The notes below the pieces were generated by a model that was not told the origin of the DNA, did no database searches, and saw only the letters and a program-made list of their open reading frames with translations. DNA of 59,786 nt from Candidatus Daviesbacteria bacterium GW2011_GWA1_41_61 (lineage in GTDB: Bacteria; Patescibacteriota; Microgenomatia; Daviesbacterales; UBA10151): NCBI GenBank assembly GCA_000997385.1, contig LCBT01000001.1, positions 115,707 to 175,492 of the forward strand, in the 5' to 3' direction. This document shows positions 27,314 through 34,623 of this stretch, in pieces; position 1 is the stretch's first letter, and each line of letters begins with the position of its first letter. The position numbers and the translations under genes are program-made.

Positions 27314-28267
27314 TTAAATTTGTATTTTCCGTCTGATAAAAACAATACTGTAAGTAGCTACTGAAAGAAATGACATTACCGGATGCAGCAGCCAAGCTAA
27401 CTGCCCTGTTTTAAAAAAGTTTAACAACCCTTCAATCAACGGCCCCAAAAAAGTGGCGCAATACACAAAAGAATACACAAATTTGACCCTGGAAACACCC
27501 TCCAGCCAAGTTCTTTTCTTTTCTTCTGTCCTGGTTAAAAATTTATTACCAATTTTTAACCTTTTTCCGATAAAATCAGCTAAAGAATTTATGTGGTCAT
27601 GATAAATACCATATCCAGGCACTCTGGCAAACTTGCGATATCCTTTCATAGTACTATAGTAAGAAAAATTGGATTCCTCAAACATCGGTTTATAAAACCC
27701 CACCTCTTTGATGATTCTCTTATTCCACAAAAAACCATTGGCTCCTAAAGGATAAGCTGTCCCGGGAACAATTTGATATTCAATATACTCTTTTTTCTTC
27801 TCTTCCTTTAACTTACCGGCTATACAACGGGAAAATGGATCAGCGATATGAGCTAGCATCGAATAAGTATTAAAGATACTTTCTTTTTCTCTGGGGAAAT
27901 AAAAAGATTCAACACCGAATAAGTTCTTATCTAACAGCAAAGGTTTAACCATTTTTTTGAGCCAGTCATTTTTAATGATTTCATTATCGGAATCTAAAAG
28001 GGCAATGATCCCACCATTAGCTTTTTGAATGCCTAAAGATTTGGCTGTTTCCGGATCCTTCCAAGGATTATTTATAATCTGTGCATGATAACTTTTGGCA
28101 ATTTGTAATGTTTCATCTATTGAGCCACCATCCACTACCAATATTTCCCGTTTATGATGAGGGTAGTCCTGTTTGATAATACTTTTCAGACAGTTACCCA
28201 GGTATTTTTGAGAGTTATAAGTGGGTATAATAAATGAAACAAAAAGGTAGCTATTTTTTTTATTCAT
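27314..28267 (-). CDS. GT2-family glycosyltransferase
   Basis: Motifs VSFIIPTYNSQKYL, ILVVDGGSIDET and ALLDSDNEI. The track start at 28285 is TTG and abuts the candidate -10. ATG 28267 (MNKKNSYLFVSFIIP) is preferred. Confidence 0.8.
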   Translation of the reverse strand: MNKKNSYLFVSFIIPTYNSQKYLGNCLKSIIKQDYPHHKREILVVDGGSIDETLQIAKSYHAQIINNPWKDPETAKSLGIQKANGGIIALLDSDNEIIKNDWLKKMVKPLLLDKNLFGVESFYFPREKESIFNTYSMLAHIADPFSRCIAGKLKEEKKKEYIEYQIVPGTAYPLGANGFLWNKRIIKEVGFYKPMFEESNFSYYSTMKGYRKFARVPGYGIYHDHINSLADFIGKRLKIGNKFLTRTEEKKRTWLEGVSRVKFVYSFVYCATFLGPLIEGLLNFFKTGQLAWLLHPVMSFLSVATYSIVFIRRKIQI

Positions 28268-28285
28268 GCTTTTAATCTGCCACAA

Positions 28286-28294
28286 ATCATACCA
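28286..28294 (-). promoter_or_regulatory. Candidate extended -10 (TGgTATGAT) for the GT2-MTase-GT-C operon
   Basis: Read on the minus strand, 18 nt before ATG 28267. Confidence 0.3.
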
Positions 28295-28309
28295 AAAATC
28301 ATCGTTCCA

Positions 28310-28318
28310 TGGTATAAC
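28310..28318 (+). promoter_or_regulatory. Candidate extended -10 (TGgTATAAC), 9 nt before ATG 28328
   Basis: Sequence is caTGgTATAACaggtttagaATG. Confidence 0.35.
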
Positions 28319-28327
28319 AGGTTTAGA

Positions 28328-29785
28328 ATGAAAAATTTTATCTTTACTGGCTCTACCCTCTTTTTTTTAGTTGTCTTTGTTAAGTTGCCTCACTTACTTT
28401 GGCCAACAGGGGTAATATTGGCTTGGTTTTCTGAAAAAGGACTGGTGATGTATAAGGATTTCTTAAACTTCTATTTTCCCCTCTCTACCTATTTTATTGT
28501 TCCTTTCATGAAGCTCTCTAATTGGAACTTAAGAGTGGAGCCTTTCATTAGTTTATTTATTGCTTTGGCTTCAACGGGAGTTATCTGGCAAATTGCTAAA
28601 AAATACTTTACTGTATGGGGCACTTTTATCAGTTTATCTTTTTTCACATTACTGTTTTATTTTTTTACTACTGCCATTCAATATACAGTTGAGGCAACTA
28701 TCGGACTAGTTGTGGCTTTCCTTATTTATCAAATTTTCACCTACTTTACAAAACAAGCTGCTTTAAATAAATCCTCTTTATTTTTAAATGGTCTGTTAAT
28801 TTCAGTAGGGGAATTATTTGATCAAGTAGCCACACCGCTTTTAGGAGTTATCTACTTAGGTTTTATTTATCTAATCGTTAAAGGTAAATTTACTAAAAAG
28901 GAGAAGACATCTGGGGTACTCCTTTTAACACTCGGTCTACTTCTTCCTTTTATCTTGACCGGTCTTTATTTTTGGCATCTTCAGGCTTTACCTGATTTTT
29001 TAGACAATAATATCTTCTACTATTTAAACTATGCAACGCTGGCTAACAGCCAAACTCACTCAGCTAAATTACCCTGGGAGGAAATCTTTATTTTTTATAC
29101 TCCCCTGCTTATCAGCTTACCTTTAGTTTTAAAGATAAAAAAAGAAAAAGAGACTTTGTACTTTCTAATTTTCGGTGCTATCTCTACAATACCTACAATT
29201 ATTTTTAGTGTCTTTCACCCTCACCACTTCCTTTATGCTTTACCACTTTTGGCTATTTTAGGGGGACTAACTATTGACTATACTTTCAAATTAAAAAACA
29301 GATCTCTTAAAATTTTCCTAATTATTGTCTGGCTAATTTTTGCCCAACAGATGATCTTTCAAGTTTTACCCTGGTACTGGCAAAAATTTCAGAGCTCCAA
29401 AGGGATGGTACTAGTCAATGACTTAACTACCCAAGACAGCATGTATCCACCAGTGGTTTGGGTCAAAGATAACACCTCACAAGATGCTACTTTGCTGGTA
29501 ACAGGCGATACCCTTTTTTATCTTAAGGCAGACAGACTTCCGGCTAATAAATACTTTACGGTTTTACCTTGGCACTACAAACCCTTAGATAAAACCATCT
29601 CTACCATACAAAGTAACAGGCCTGATTATTGGGTGATAGCCCCATCATACTTGAAACGTTTAAGCCAGAGTGAGGAGTGGAACAGTCCGGAGATTACTCA
29701 GTTGATCCAAGATGAACTGCAAAGATGTTACAGCAAAAAGATAGAGTTCCCCGATTGGCAAATCTGGCAAAAAATATGCCTTTAA
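28328..29785 (+). CDS. Polytopic membrane protein of the unassigned YKDF-loop family (putative GT-C-like, reminiscent of DUF2029/GT87)
   Basis: 485-aa ORF. The loop GLVMYKDFLNFYFPL follows TM1. The C-terminal soluble part contains DRLPANKYFTVLPWHYKPL...RPDYWVI. Paralogue of 29790..31289. Confidence 0.5.
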   Translation: MKNFIFTGSTLFFLVVFVKLPHLLWPTGVILAWFSEKGLVMYKDFLNFYFPLSTYFIVPFMKLSNWNLRVEPFISLFIALASTGVIWQIAKKYFTVWGTFISLSFFTLLFYFFTTAIQYTVEATIGLVVAFLIYQIFTYFTKQAALNKSSLFLNGLLISVGELFDQVATPLLGVIYLGFIYLIVKGKFTKKEKTSGVLLLTLGLLLPFILTGLYFWHLQALPDFLDNNIFYYLNYATLANSQTHSAKLPWEEIFIFYTPLLISLPLVLKIKKEKETLYFLIFGAISTIPTIIFSVFHPHHFLYALPLLAILGGLTIDYTFKLKNRSLKIFLIIVWLIFAQQMIFQVLPWYWQKFQSSKGMVLVNDLTTQDSMYPPVVWVKDNTSQDATLLVTGDTLFYLKADRLPANKYFTVLPWHYKPLDKTISTIQSNRPDYWVIAPSYLKRLSQSEEWNSPEITQLIQDELQRCYSKKIEFPDWQIWQKICL

Positions 29786-29789
29786 CCAT

Positions 29790-31289
29790 TTAAAGACAAA
29801 GTTGTTGGCTAAAGATGTGTTTTTTGATGGTTATATAATCAGATTGAAAAACTACTGGTTCACACTTGAGAATTCTTTTTAAAACTGTAGTTTCAGCTTG
29901 GTAACCAAAATCAGCAAATCTTTTCCACTGTCTTTCATCAATGACCCAAAAATCTGGGGGATTTTGTTTTAATTCTTCCACCAGTCTTTCCAGTGGGCGG
30001 TAAAAAACCGGCAGGTTAGTTGAAGCCCTGGGATTGGCTGGAAGCCTATTAGTTTCCAGATAAATTAAACTATCAACTGTGGCAAACAGTTTATCTTCTT
30101 TGGTAGTATTTTGTTTAATCCAGGAAATAATATCAAATAACGGATCTTCCGGATAAATTCTGGTTAAATTTAGATAAGGACGGGGATAAGAAAAATTACG
30201 TTGGTACTTGGGTAAAACGATATAAAAACTGAAAGCAAAAAGCATTATTAGACAAATGATCAAAACTTTAGTTAGCTGATTCTTTTTAATTTTAAAAAGC
30301 ATCTGCAGTGCTAAACCGGCAGTTAAAGCATAAATCCCTTCCGGGGTTAGAAAACGGTTGGGGTGAAAGATGGCAAACCAGAAAGGAAGAGGGAAAGATA
30401 ACAAGATCAGCCACCAAAAGATTGATTGAGTCAAGGAAAGTGTCAGGCCTTTTTTTTGCAAAGCAAAGAAGCTCTGCTTCACTTTTTTAACTTTAAACCA
30501 AATTATTGCCCCAACTAAAAGCAAAGGAGAAAAAATGGTTAAAAAGATCACAACGTTTTCTACTCCCCTACCCATAGCAAAAGGATAACCGCTATCTGAC
30601 AAATAGTACTTAATTGTCCAGTTGTAAAAGTCCCCTAAAACATTATGGGTTAAAAGATAGACAAAGACAAAAGCCACAGGAATTAAAAAACCCAAACCAA
30701 AATAGATAATAGATTTTATCTTCTTAATCTGCCAACTTCTAAATATCATGGAAAGAAAAACAACTGTTGAATTAATCAAAACTATATGACCGCTCATCGA
30801 AGCAATACCCAACAAAAGGCCTATTAGAAAAGCTGGAATCATCTTTGGCCTCTGATACCAAACCCACCATAGAGCAAAAGCAGACAGGAGGAGAATATTT
30901 TGAAAACTGGTAGTGCCAAAATGGTTTTCAGATAAAACCGGATCCCAAAAAAGGAAAAATAACAAAGGTATTAACCTAAACCATCCTTTAAGAAGTTTAT
31001 AGCTAATAAAGGATAGTAGTAAAAAAGCAGTGATTGAGCTTACAAGAGCTAAGGCAATGGTTGGTTTTAAGGTAAAGCCAAAAATATCATGAAAGGGTAA
31101 CATGGAAAGATAAAGGATTGGGAAATACTGAGTCACAAAATCTTTGTAAATTACCAAACCAGAGGACATAAAATAGGCTTCAATTAAGCCATCAATCCAA
31201 GCCTGTCTGGGAGAGATATAAAAGATAAACAGCAACCAACTTACTCCACCTAAAATTAAGCCTACAAACACTTTGCCAGATAATGTCAT
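29790..31289 (-). CDS. Polytopic membrane protein of the unassigned YKDF-loop family (putative GT-C-like)
   Basis: 499-aa ORF. Motifs SGLVIYKDFVTQYFPILY and C-terminal NRLPANPRASTNLPVFYRPL...PPDFWVIDE. ATG 31289 overlaps the TGA of the upstream secreted-protein gene (ATGA). Confidence 0.5.
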   Translation of the reverse strand: MTLSGKVFVGLILGGVSWLLFIFYISPRQAWIDGLIEAYFMSSGLVIYKDFVTQYFPILYLSMLPFHDIFGFTLKPTIALALVSSITAFLLLSFISYKLLKGWFRLIPLLFFLFWDPVLSENHFGTTSFQNILLLSAFALWWVWYQRPKMIPAFLIGLLLGIASMSGHIVLINSTVVFLSMIFRSWQIKKIKSIIYFGLGFLIPVAFVFVYLLTHNVLGDFYNWTIKYYLSDSGYPFAMGRGVENVVIFLTIFSPLLLVGAIIWFKVKKVKQSFFALQKKGLTLSLTQSIFWWLILLSFPLPFWFAIFHPNRFLTPEGIYALTAGLALQMLFKIKKNQLTKVLIICLIMLFAFSFYIVLPKYQRNFSYPRPYLNLTRIYPEDPLFDIISWIKQNTTKEDKLFATVDSLIYLETNRLPANPRASTNLPVFYRPLERLVEELKQNPPDFWVIDERQWKRFADFGYQAETTVLKRILKCEPVVFQSDYITIKKHIFSQQLCL

Positions 31290-31780
31290 TTGGAGTTTTG
31301 AATTTTATCAGAGTAAATTTGGACAGTATTAATATCATGCTGCAGAAGCAGCCAGAAACCGGAATTAGCCGGAAAATTATCACGCATTTTTGCTAAAATT
31401 TTGGGGTGAGTTTTAAACATTTCTAAGACTTGTTCTTTTTTAACATTATTATTGCTGGAAAGAAGAGACTCTGATAATCTACCTACATAAGCGGCATAGC
31501 GTGAAGAAACCTCTTCAATAAAATCCCCTTGCCCGGTTCTAATGACATAATCTAACTCTCCCAACCTTTGTTCTACCAGTTGTTGTTGATAATCCAATTT
31601 TTCATCACTGTTAAATTTAAAAAACAGGGTTATTTTTTCTTTAAATCTGTCAATGATATTAGACATTTTCTCTACCTTAACTTTGACGGAAGGGGTACTT
31701 TCTGAATTAACATCAGCCAAGGTAAGTTGGGGGATAAAAAGGAAAATGGATAGCAAAAAGGTTAGAATAGTTTTTCTCAT
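31286..31780 (-). CDS. Secreted or membrane-anchored helical protein (DUF5667-like)
   Basis: Starting at ATG 31780 gives MRKTILTFLLSIFLFIPQLTLADV, a canonical signal peptide. A TTGCAT-17-TATTAT box lies 8 nt upstream. The track start at 31810 falls inside that promoter spacer. The remainder is helical and charged (LDYQQQLVEQRLGELDYVI). Confidence 0.55.
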   Translation of the reverse strand: MRKTILTFLLSIFLFIPQLTLADVNSESTPSVKVKVEKMSNIIDRFKEKITLFFKFNSDEKLDYQQQLVEQRLGELDYVIRTGQGDFIEEVSSRYAAYVGRLSESLLSSNNNVKKEQVLEMFKTHPKILAKMRDNFPANSGFWLLLQHDINTVQIYSDKIQNSK

Positions 31781-31788
31781 CGACCTAT

Positions 31789-31817
31789 ATAATAATTTGA
31801 GTCCCTTCATAATGCAA
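31789..31817 (-). promoter_or_regulatory. Candidate promoter TTGCAT-17-TATTAT, 8 nt before ATG 31780
   Basis: The minus-strand hexamers correspond to plus-strand atgcaa 31812-31817 and ataata 31789-31794. Spacer counted by hand. Confidence 0.35.
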
Positions 31818-31836
31818 GAGGTCTAACACTTAGTCT

Positions 31837-31860
31837 GTTAACTTATTACCGGAAGTTAAC
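31837..31860. repeat. Perfect 8-bp inverted repeat with an 8-nt loop (GTTAACTT attaccgg AAGTTAAC)
   Basis: Read directly. It lies about 20 bp upstream of the candidate -35 at 31812-31817 and 55 bp downstream of the stop of 31915..33492. Confidence 0.6.
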
Positions 31861-31914
31861 CTTACTAAATATTTAAAGCTTCACGCGTCGAATAATCCTT
31901 GAAAACTCTCTAAG

Positions 31915-33492
31915 TCAATCATTTGTCTCCAAAAGAGTATACACAACAATCTTGGTATTGGGAAGATTTGGTGAGAAAACTTTTTGTAGCCCAGGATGGT
32001 TTATTTTATCATTTAATAAAAAGACTAACTTTTCATCAGAGGCAAGCTCCTCATCCCAGGCCACCAAATAATCAACCTGATATTTTTTAGCATAGTCTAA
32101 AAGTTGTTCAAAGGAGATTTGTGGCAGATAAACCGTTTCACCTTCAGCATAAAACTCCACCCCTTCATGTCTTAACATCACTTTAGGGTTAGAACCAAAA
32201 AAATTACTCTTAATCCACTCCCCGACAATTTTCAATTCCTTTTTATTATGAGTTTGACTAAAGTTAGCTGCCACTTTTTGAGGATTAGTTAGATTGTCTA
32301 ATGATGTCCCCGGAAAAAGGAGTACTGCCAAAAGCGTCACCGCTGCAGTAATCAAGGTTTTCTTCTCCATCCAATACAGAAAAAGGAAAACTAACTTCTC
32401 TACACCTAGATAAAAAAAATATAAAAAAAGCGGAATTGTCCAAGCCAAATAACGAATATCCTGCACCGGGGTAGAAAAAATAGTGATGGGAATAGCCGTG
32501 ACCATGATAAAGATCATATACAGCAAAGACCATCGGTATGTTTTCTTCAAGATGGTAACTGCACCAATCAACATTAAAGGTACAGCCCAAAGAGGAAAGA
32601 TCAATAAGAAAACTTGCTGCCATTTTTCTTGTTTGGGAGAGTACTGGCGAAAAAAATAATACAAACGGTTAATAGCAAAATCAGAACCATTTTTAAAGTA
32701 TGGAGACTGGTAATCAGGGTTTTTAGCGGAAGTCACCTCTTGAGCCCAAGTAGTACCCCGGGGATTTAAGGCAAAAGCATGGCCTTGTTGGATCTGGGCC
32801 GAAAATTTTGGGGAGAGGGACCATTCTCCAATTTGCATTCTGGTAGATATCATATAAGGACTGACTGTTAAAAAAAAGACCGCTACAAAAGAAAATACTG
32901 TTATGATCAGTAGTTTAATCTGGCGTTTGATAAGAAAATAAAAAGTTAAATAAATAAAGGTTAAAAAGACAAACATCATCCCTTCAGCTCTGGTTAAATA
33001 AACCAGCCCAAAAAGAACGGATCCCAAAAGTAATAATTTATTATTAGGAAAATTCGGTGAATGAAGAAAAGCCAAAAAGACCGTTACCATTCCACCAATA
33101 ATTAACAAAACAGCTAAAGAATCAGATAAAGCCATAAAAGATATTGTCAACAAAGGAGTAAATAAAGACAAAGCCAAAGTAAAAGAGATAGCCCCCGCCA
33201 AAGAGATAGTTTTTCTTAAAAGAAAAAACATCGGGGCTATAATCGCTGTCCCAGCCAGTAACGCCACCAGACGGGAAGCAGTTTCCCAATTTAGGGGAAA
33301 GAGAGAGAAAATAGCCGACAATGCCGGATAAAGTGGAGGCCAGGTAGGGTGGAAGGACCCTTTTAAGTTCCATTCAGTCCAAGACTTGGCTAAGGTAGCA
33401 TAGATGGCATCATCAGAGTAGAAGGTGTAAGAAGAGTTCAAGACTATCCATAAACGGGGAAGCAGTAAAAGCAAAAATATTCCAACCACCAT
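31915..33492 (-). CDS. PMT_2/ArnT-like GT-C membrane glycosyltransferase
   Basis: 525-aa polytopic ORF. The loop YTFYSDDAIYATLAKSW...HPTWPPLYPALSAIF is followed by ASRLVALLAG. The C-terminal soluble domain is about 130 aa. Confidence 0.7.
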   Translation of the reverse strand: MVVGIFLLLLLPRLWIVLNSSYTFYSDDAIYATLAKSWTEWNLKGSFHPTWPPLYPALSAIFSLFPLNWETASRLVALLAGTAIIAPMFFLLRKTISLAGAISFTLALSLFTPLLTISFMALSDSLAVLLIIGGMVTVFLAFLHSPNFPNNKLLLLGSVLFGLVYLTRAEGMMFVFLTFIYLTFYFLIKRQIKLLIITVFSFVAVFFLTVSPYMISTRMQIGEWSLSPKFSAQIQQGHAFALNPRGTTWAQEVTSAKNPDYQSPYFKNGSDFAINRLYYFFRQYSPKQEKWQQVFLLIFPLWAVPLMLIGAVTILKKTYRWSLLYMIFIMVTAIPITIFSTPVQDIRYLAWTIPLFLYFFYLGVEKLVFLFLYWMEKKTLITAAVTLLAVLLFPGTSLDNLTNPQKVAANFSQTHNKKELKIVGEWIKSNFFGSNPKVMLRHEGVEFYAEGETVYLPQISFEQLLDYAKKYQVDYLVAWDEELASDEKLVFLLNDKINHPGLQKVFSPNLPNTKIVVYTLLETND

Positions 33493-33500
33493 GATAAGAA

Positions 33501-33528
33501 ATTATATCATTTCAGTTTAGCTTGACAA
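33501..33528 (-). promoter_or_regulatory. Candidate promoter TTGTCA-16-TATAAT, 8 nt before ATG 33492
   Basis: Minus-strand TATAAT corresponds to plus-strand attata 33501-33506. TTGTCA corresponds to plus-strand tgacaa 33523-33528. Its -35 overlaps the plus-strand -35 TTGACA at 33522-33527. Confidence 0.45.
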
Positions 33529-33550
33529 TAAAAGGCAAAACCAATACCAT
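33522..33550 (+). promoter_or_regulatory. Candidate promoter TTGACA-17-TACCAT, 7 nt before ATG 33558
   Basis: Hexamers at 33522-33527 and 33545-33550, counted by hand. Confidence 0.35.
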
Positions 33551-33557
33551 CTGATCA

Positions 33558-34235
33558 ATGAAAAAGAAAAAAATTTTTGCTGTAATTGCAGCCTATAATG
33601 AAGAAAAGACAATTTCTGAAGTTTTAGAGGAGTTAAAAGAGTATGTTGATCAAATAGTCGTAGTTGATGATGGTTCATCAGATGAAACCTTCAAAAAAGC
33701 TACTGGACCAAAAGTAATACTGCTGCGGCACCTGGCTAATTTAGGACAAGGTGCAGCTCTGCAAACCGGTTTTGAATACGCCAAAAGGAACAAAGCTGAT
33801 ATTGTTATAACTTACGATGCCGACGGACAGTTTTTAGCTTGCGATATCCCTCGACTGATAAAGCCAATTCTTCAAAATAAAGCTGATATTGTCTTAGGAT
33901 CCAGATTTTTAGGGCAAGCTATTAATATCCCCCCCACCAGATTGTTAACTTTAAAGCTTGGCATCATCTTTACCTTTCTCTTTTCCGGCTTAAAATTAAC
34001 CGATGTTTATAATGGTCTACGGGCGCTTAACAGCAAATCTTTACATAAAATCAATATCACTCAAAACCGTTTAGCCCATGCCTCAGAAATTCTGGACAAA
34101 ATCAAGATCAATCAATTAAGATTTACCGAAATACCGGTGACTGTGAAATATACCGACTATTCAAAACAGAAAGGTGAAAAAAATCTAAACGCCTTGAAAG
34201 TTTTTGTAGATCTAGTAACTAAAAAACTTTACTAA
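33558..34235 (+). CDS. GT2 polyprenyl-phosphate glycosyltransferase (Dpm1/GtrB-like)
   Basis: 225-aa ORF. Motifs FAVIAAYNEEKTI, IVVVDDGSSDET, NLGQGAALQTG and ITYDADGQF. Confidence 0.8.
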   Translation: MKKKKIFAVIAAYNEEKTISEVLEELKEYVDQIVVVDDGSSDETFKKATGPKVILLRHLANLGQGAALQTGFEYAKRNKADIVITYDADGQFLACDIPRLIKPILQNKADIVLGSRFLGQAINIPPTRLLTLKLGIIFTFLFSGLKLTDVYNGLRALNSKSLHKINITQNRLAHASEILDKIKINQLRFTEIPVTVKYTDYSKQKGEKNLNALKVFVDLVTKKLY

Positions 34236-34239
34236 CCAT

Positions 34240-34605
34240 ATGTCAATATCTCAACTTCTTTTGTCCACCATTATCATTTTTATAATTTATAAAACAGCCC
34301 TAAGTTTCAAAAAAGGGAATCTCTCTAAAAACTTTACCTTTACCTGGCTTCTGCTTTGGGCAGGGGTATTATTTTTTATTTTTGAGCAAAACACTTTGAT
34401 TAAAGCTGCTCATTCAGTGGGAATCAGCCGGGGGGTAGATTTAGTGATTTATCTATCCATCATCCTGCTTTTTTATTTAGTTTACCGAATTTTTTATAAT
34501 CTCAACGAAATTAATCAAAAAATTACCAAAATCATCCGCGAAGAAGCCCTCCGCCATCCTCTACAAAATTCCAAGGTTATCAAACACAAACATCCAAAGA
34601 GATGA
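34240..34605 (+). CDS. DUF2304-like small membrane protein, the usual partner of this GT2 type
   Basis: 121-aa ORF starting 4 nt after the GT2 stop. Hydrophobic segments are followed by an amphipathic C-terminal helix (LNEINQKITKIIREEAL), which is the layout of DUF2304 proteins. Confidence 0.5.
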   Translation: MSISQLLLSTIIIFIIYKTALSFKKGNLSKNFTFTWLLLWAGVLFFIFEQNTLIKAAHSVGISRGVDLVIYLSIILLFYLVYRIFYNLNEINQKITKIIREEALRHPLQNSKVIKHKHPKR

Positions 34606-34623
34606 AAACTTCCTAGGATACTT

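Noticed and set aside
31837-31860. The hairpin considered as a Rho-independent terminator for 31915..33492.
   Set aside because: The stem is AT-rich (only 2 G:C pairs out of 8) and no U-tract follows it on the minus strand.
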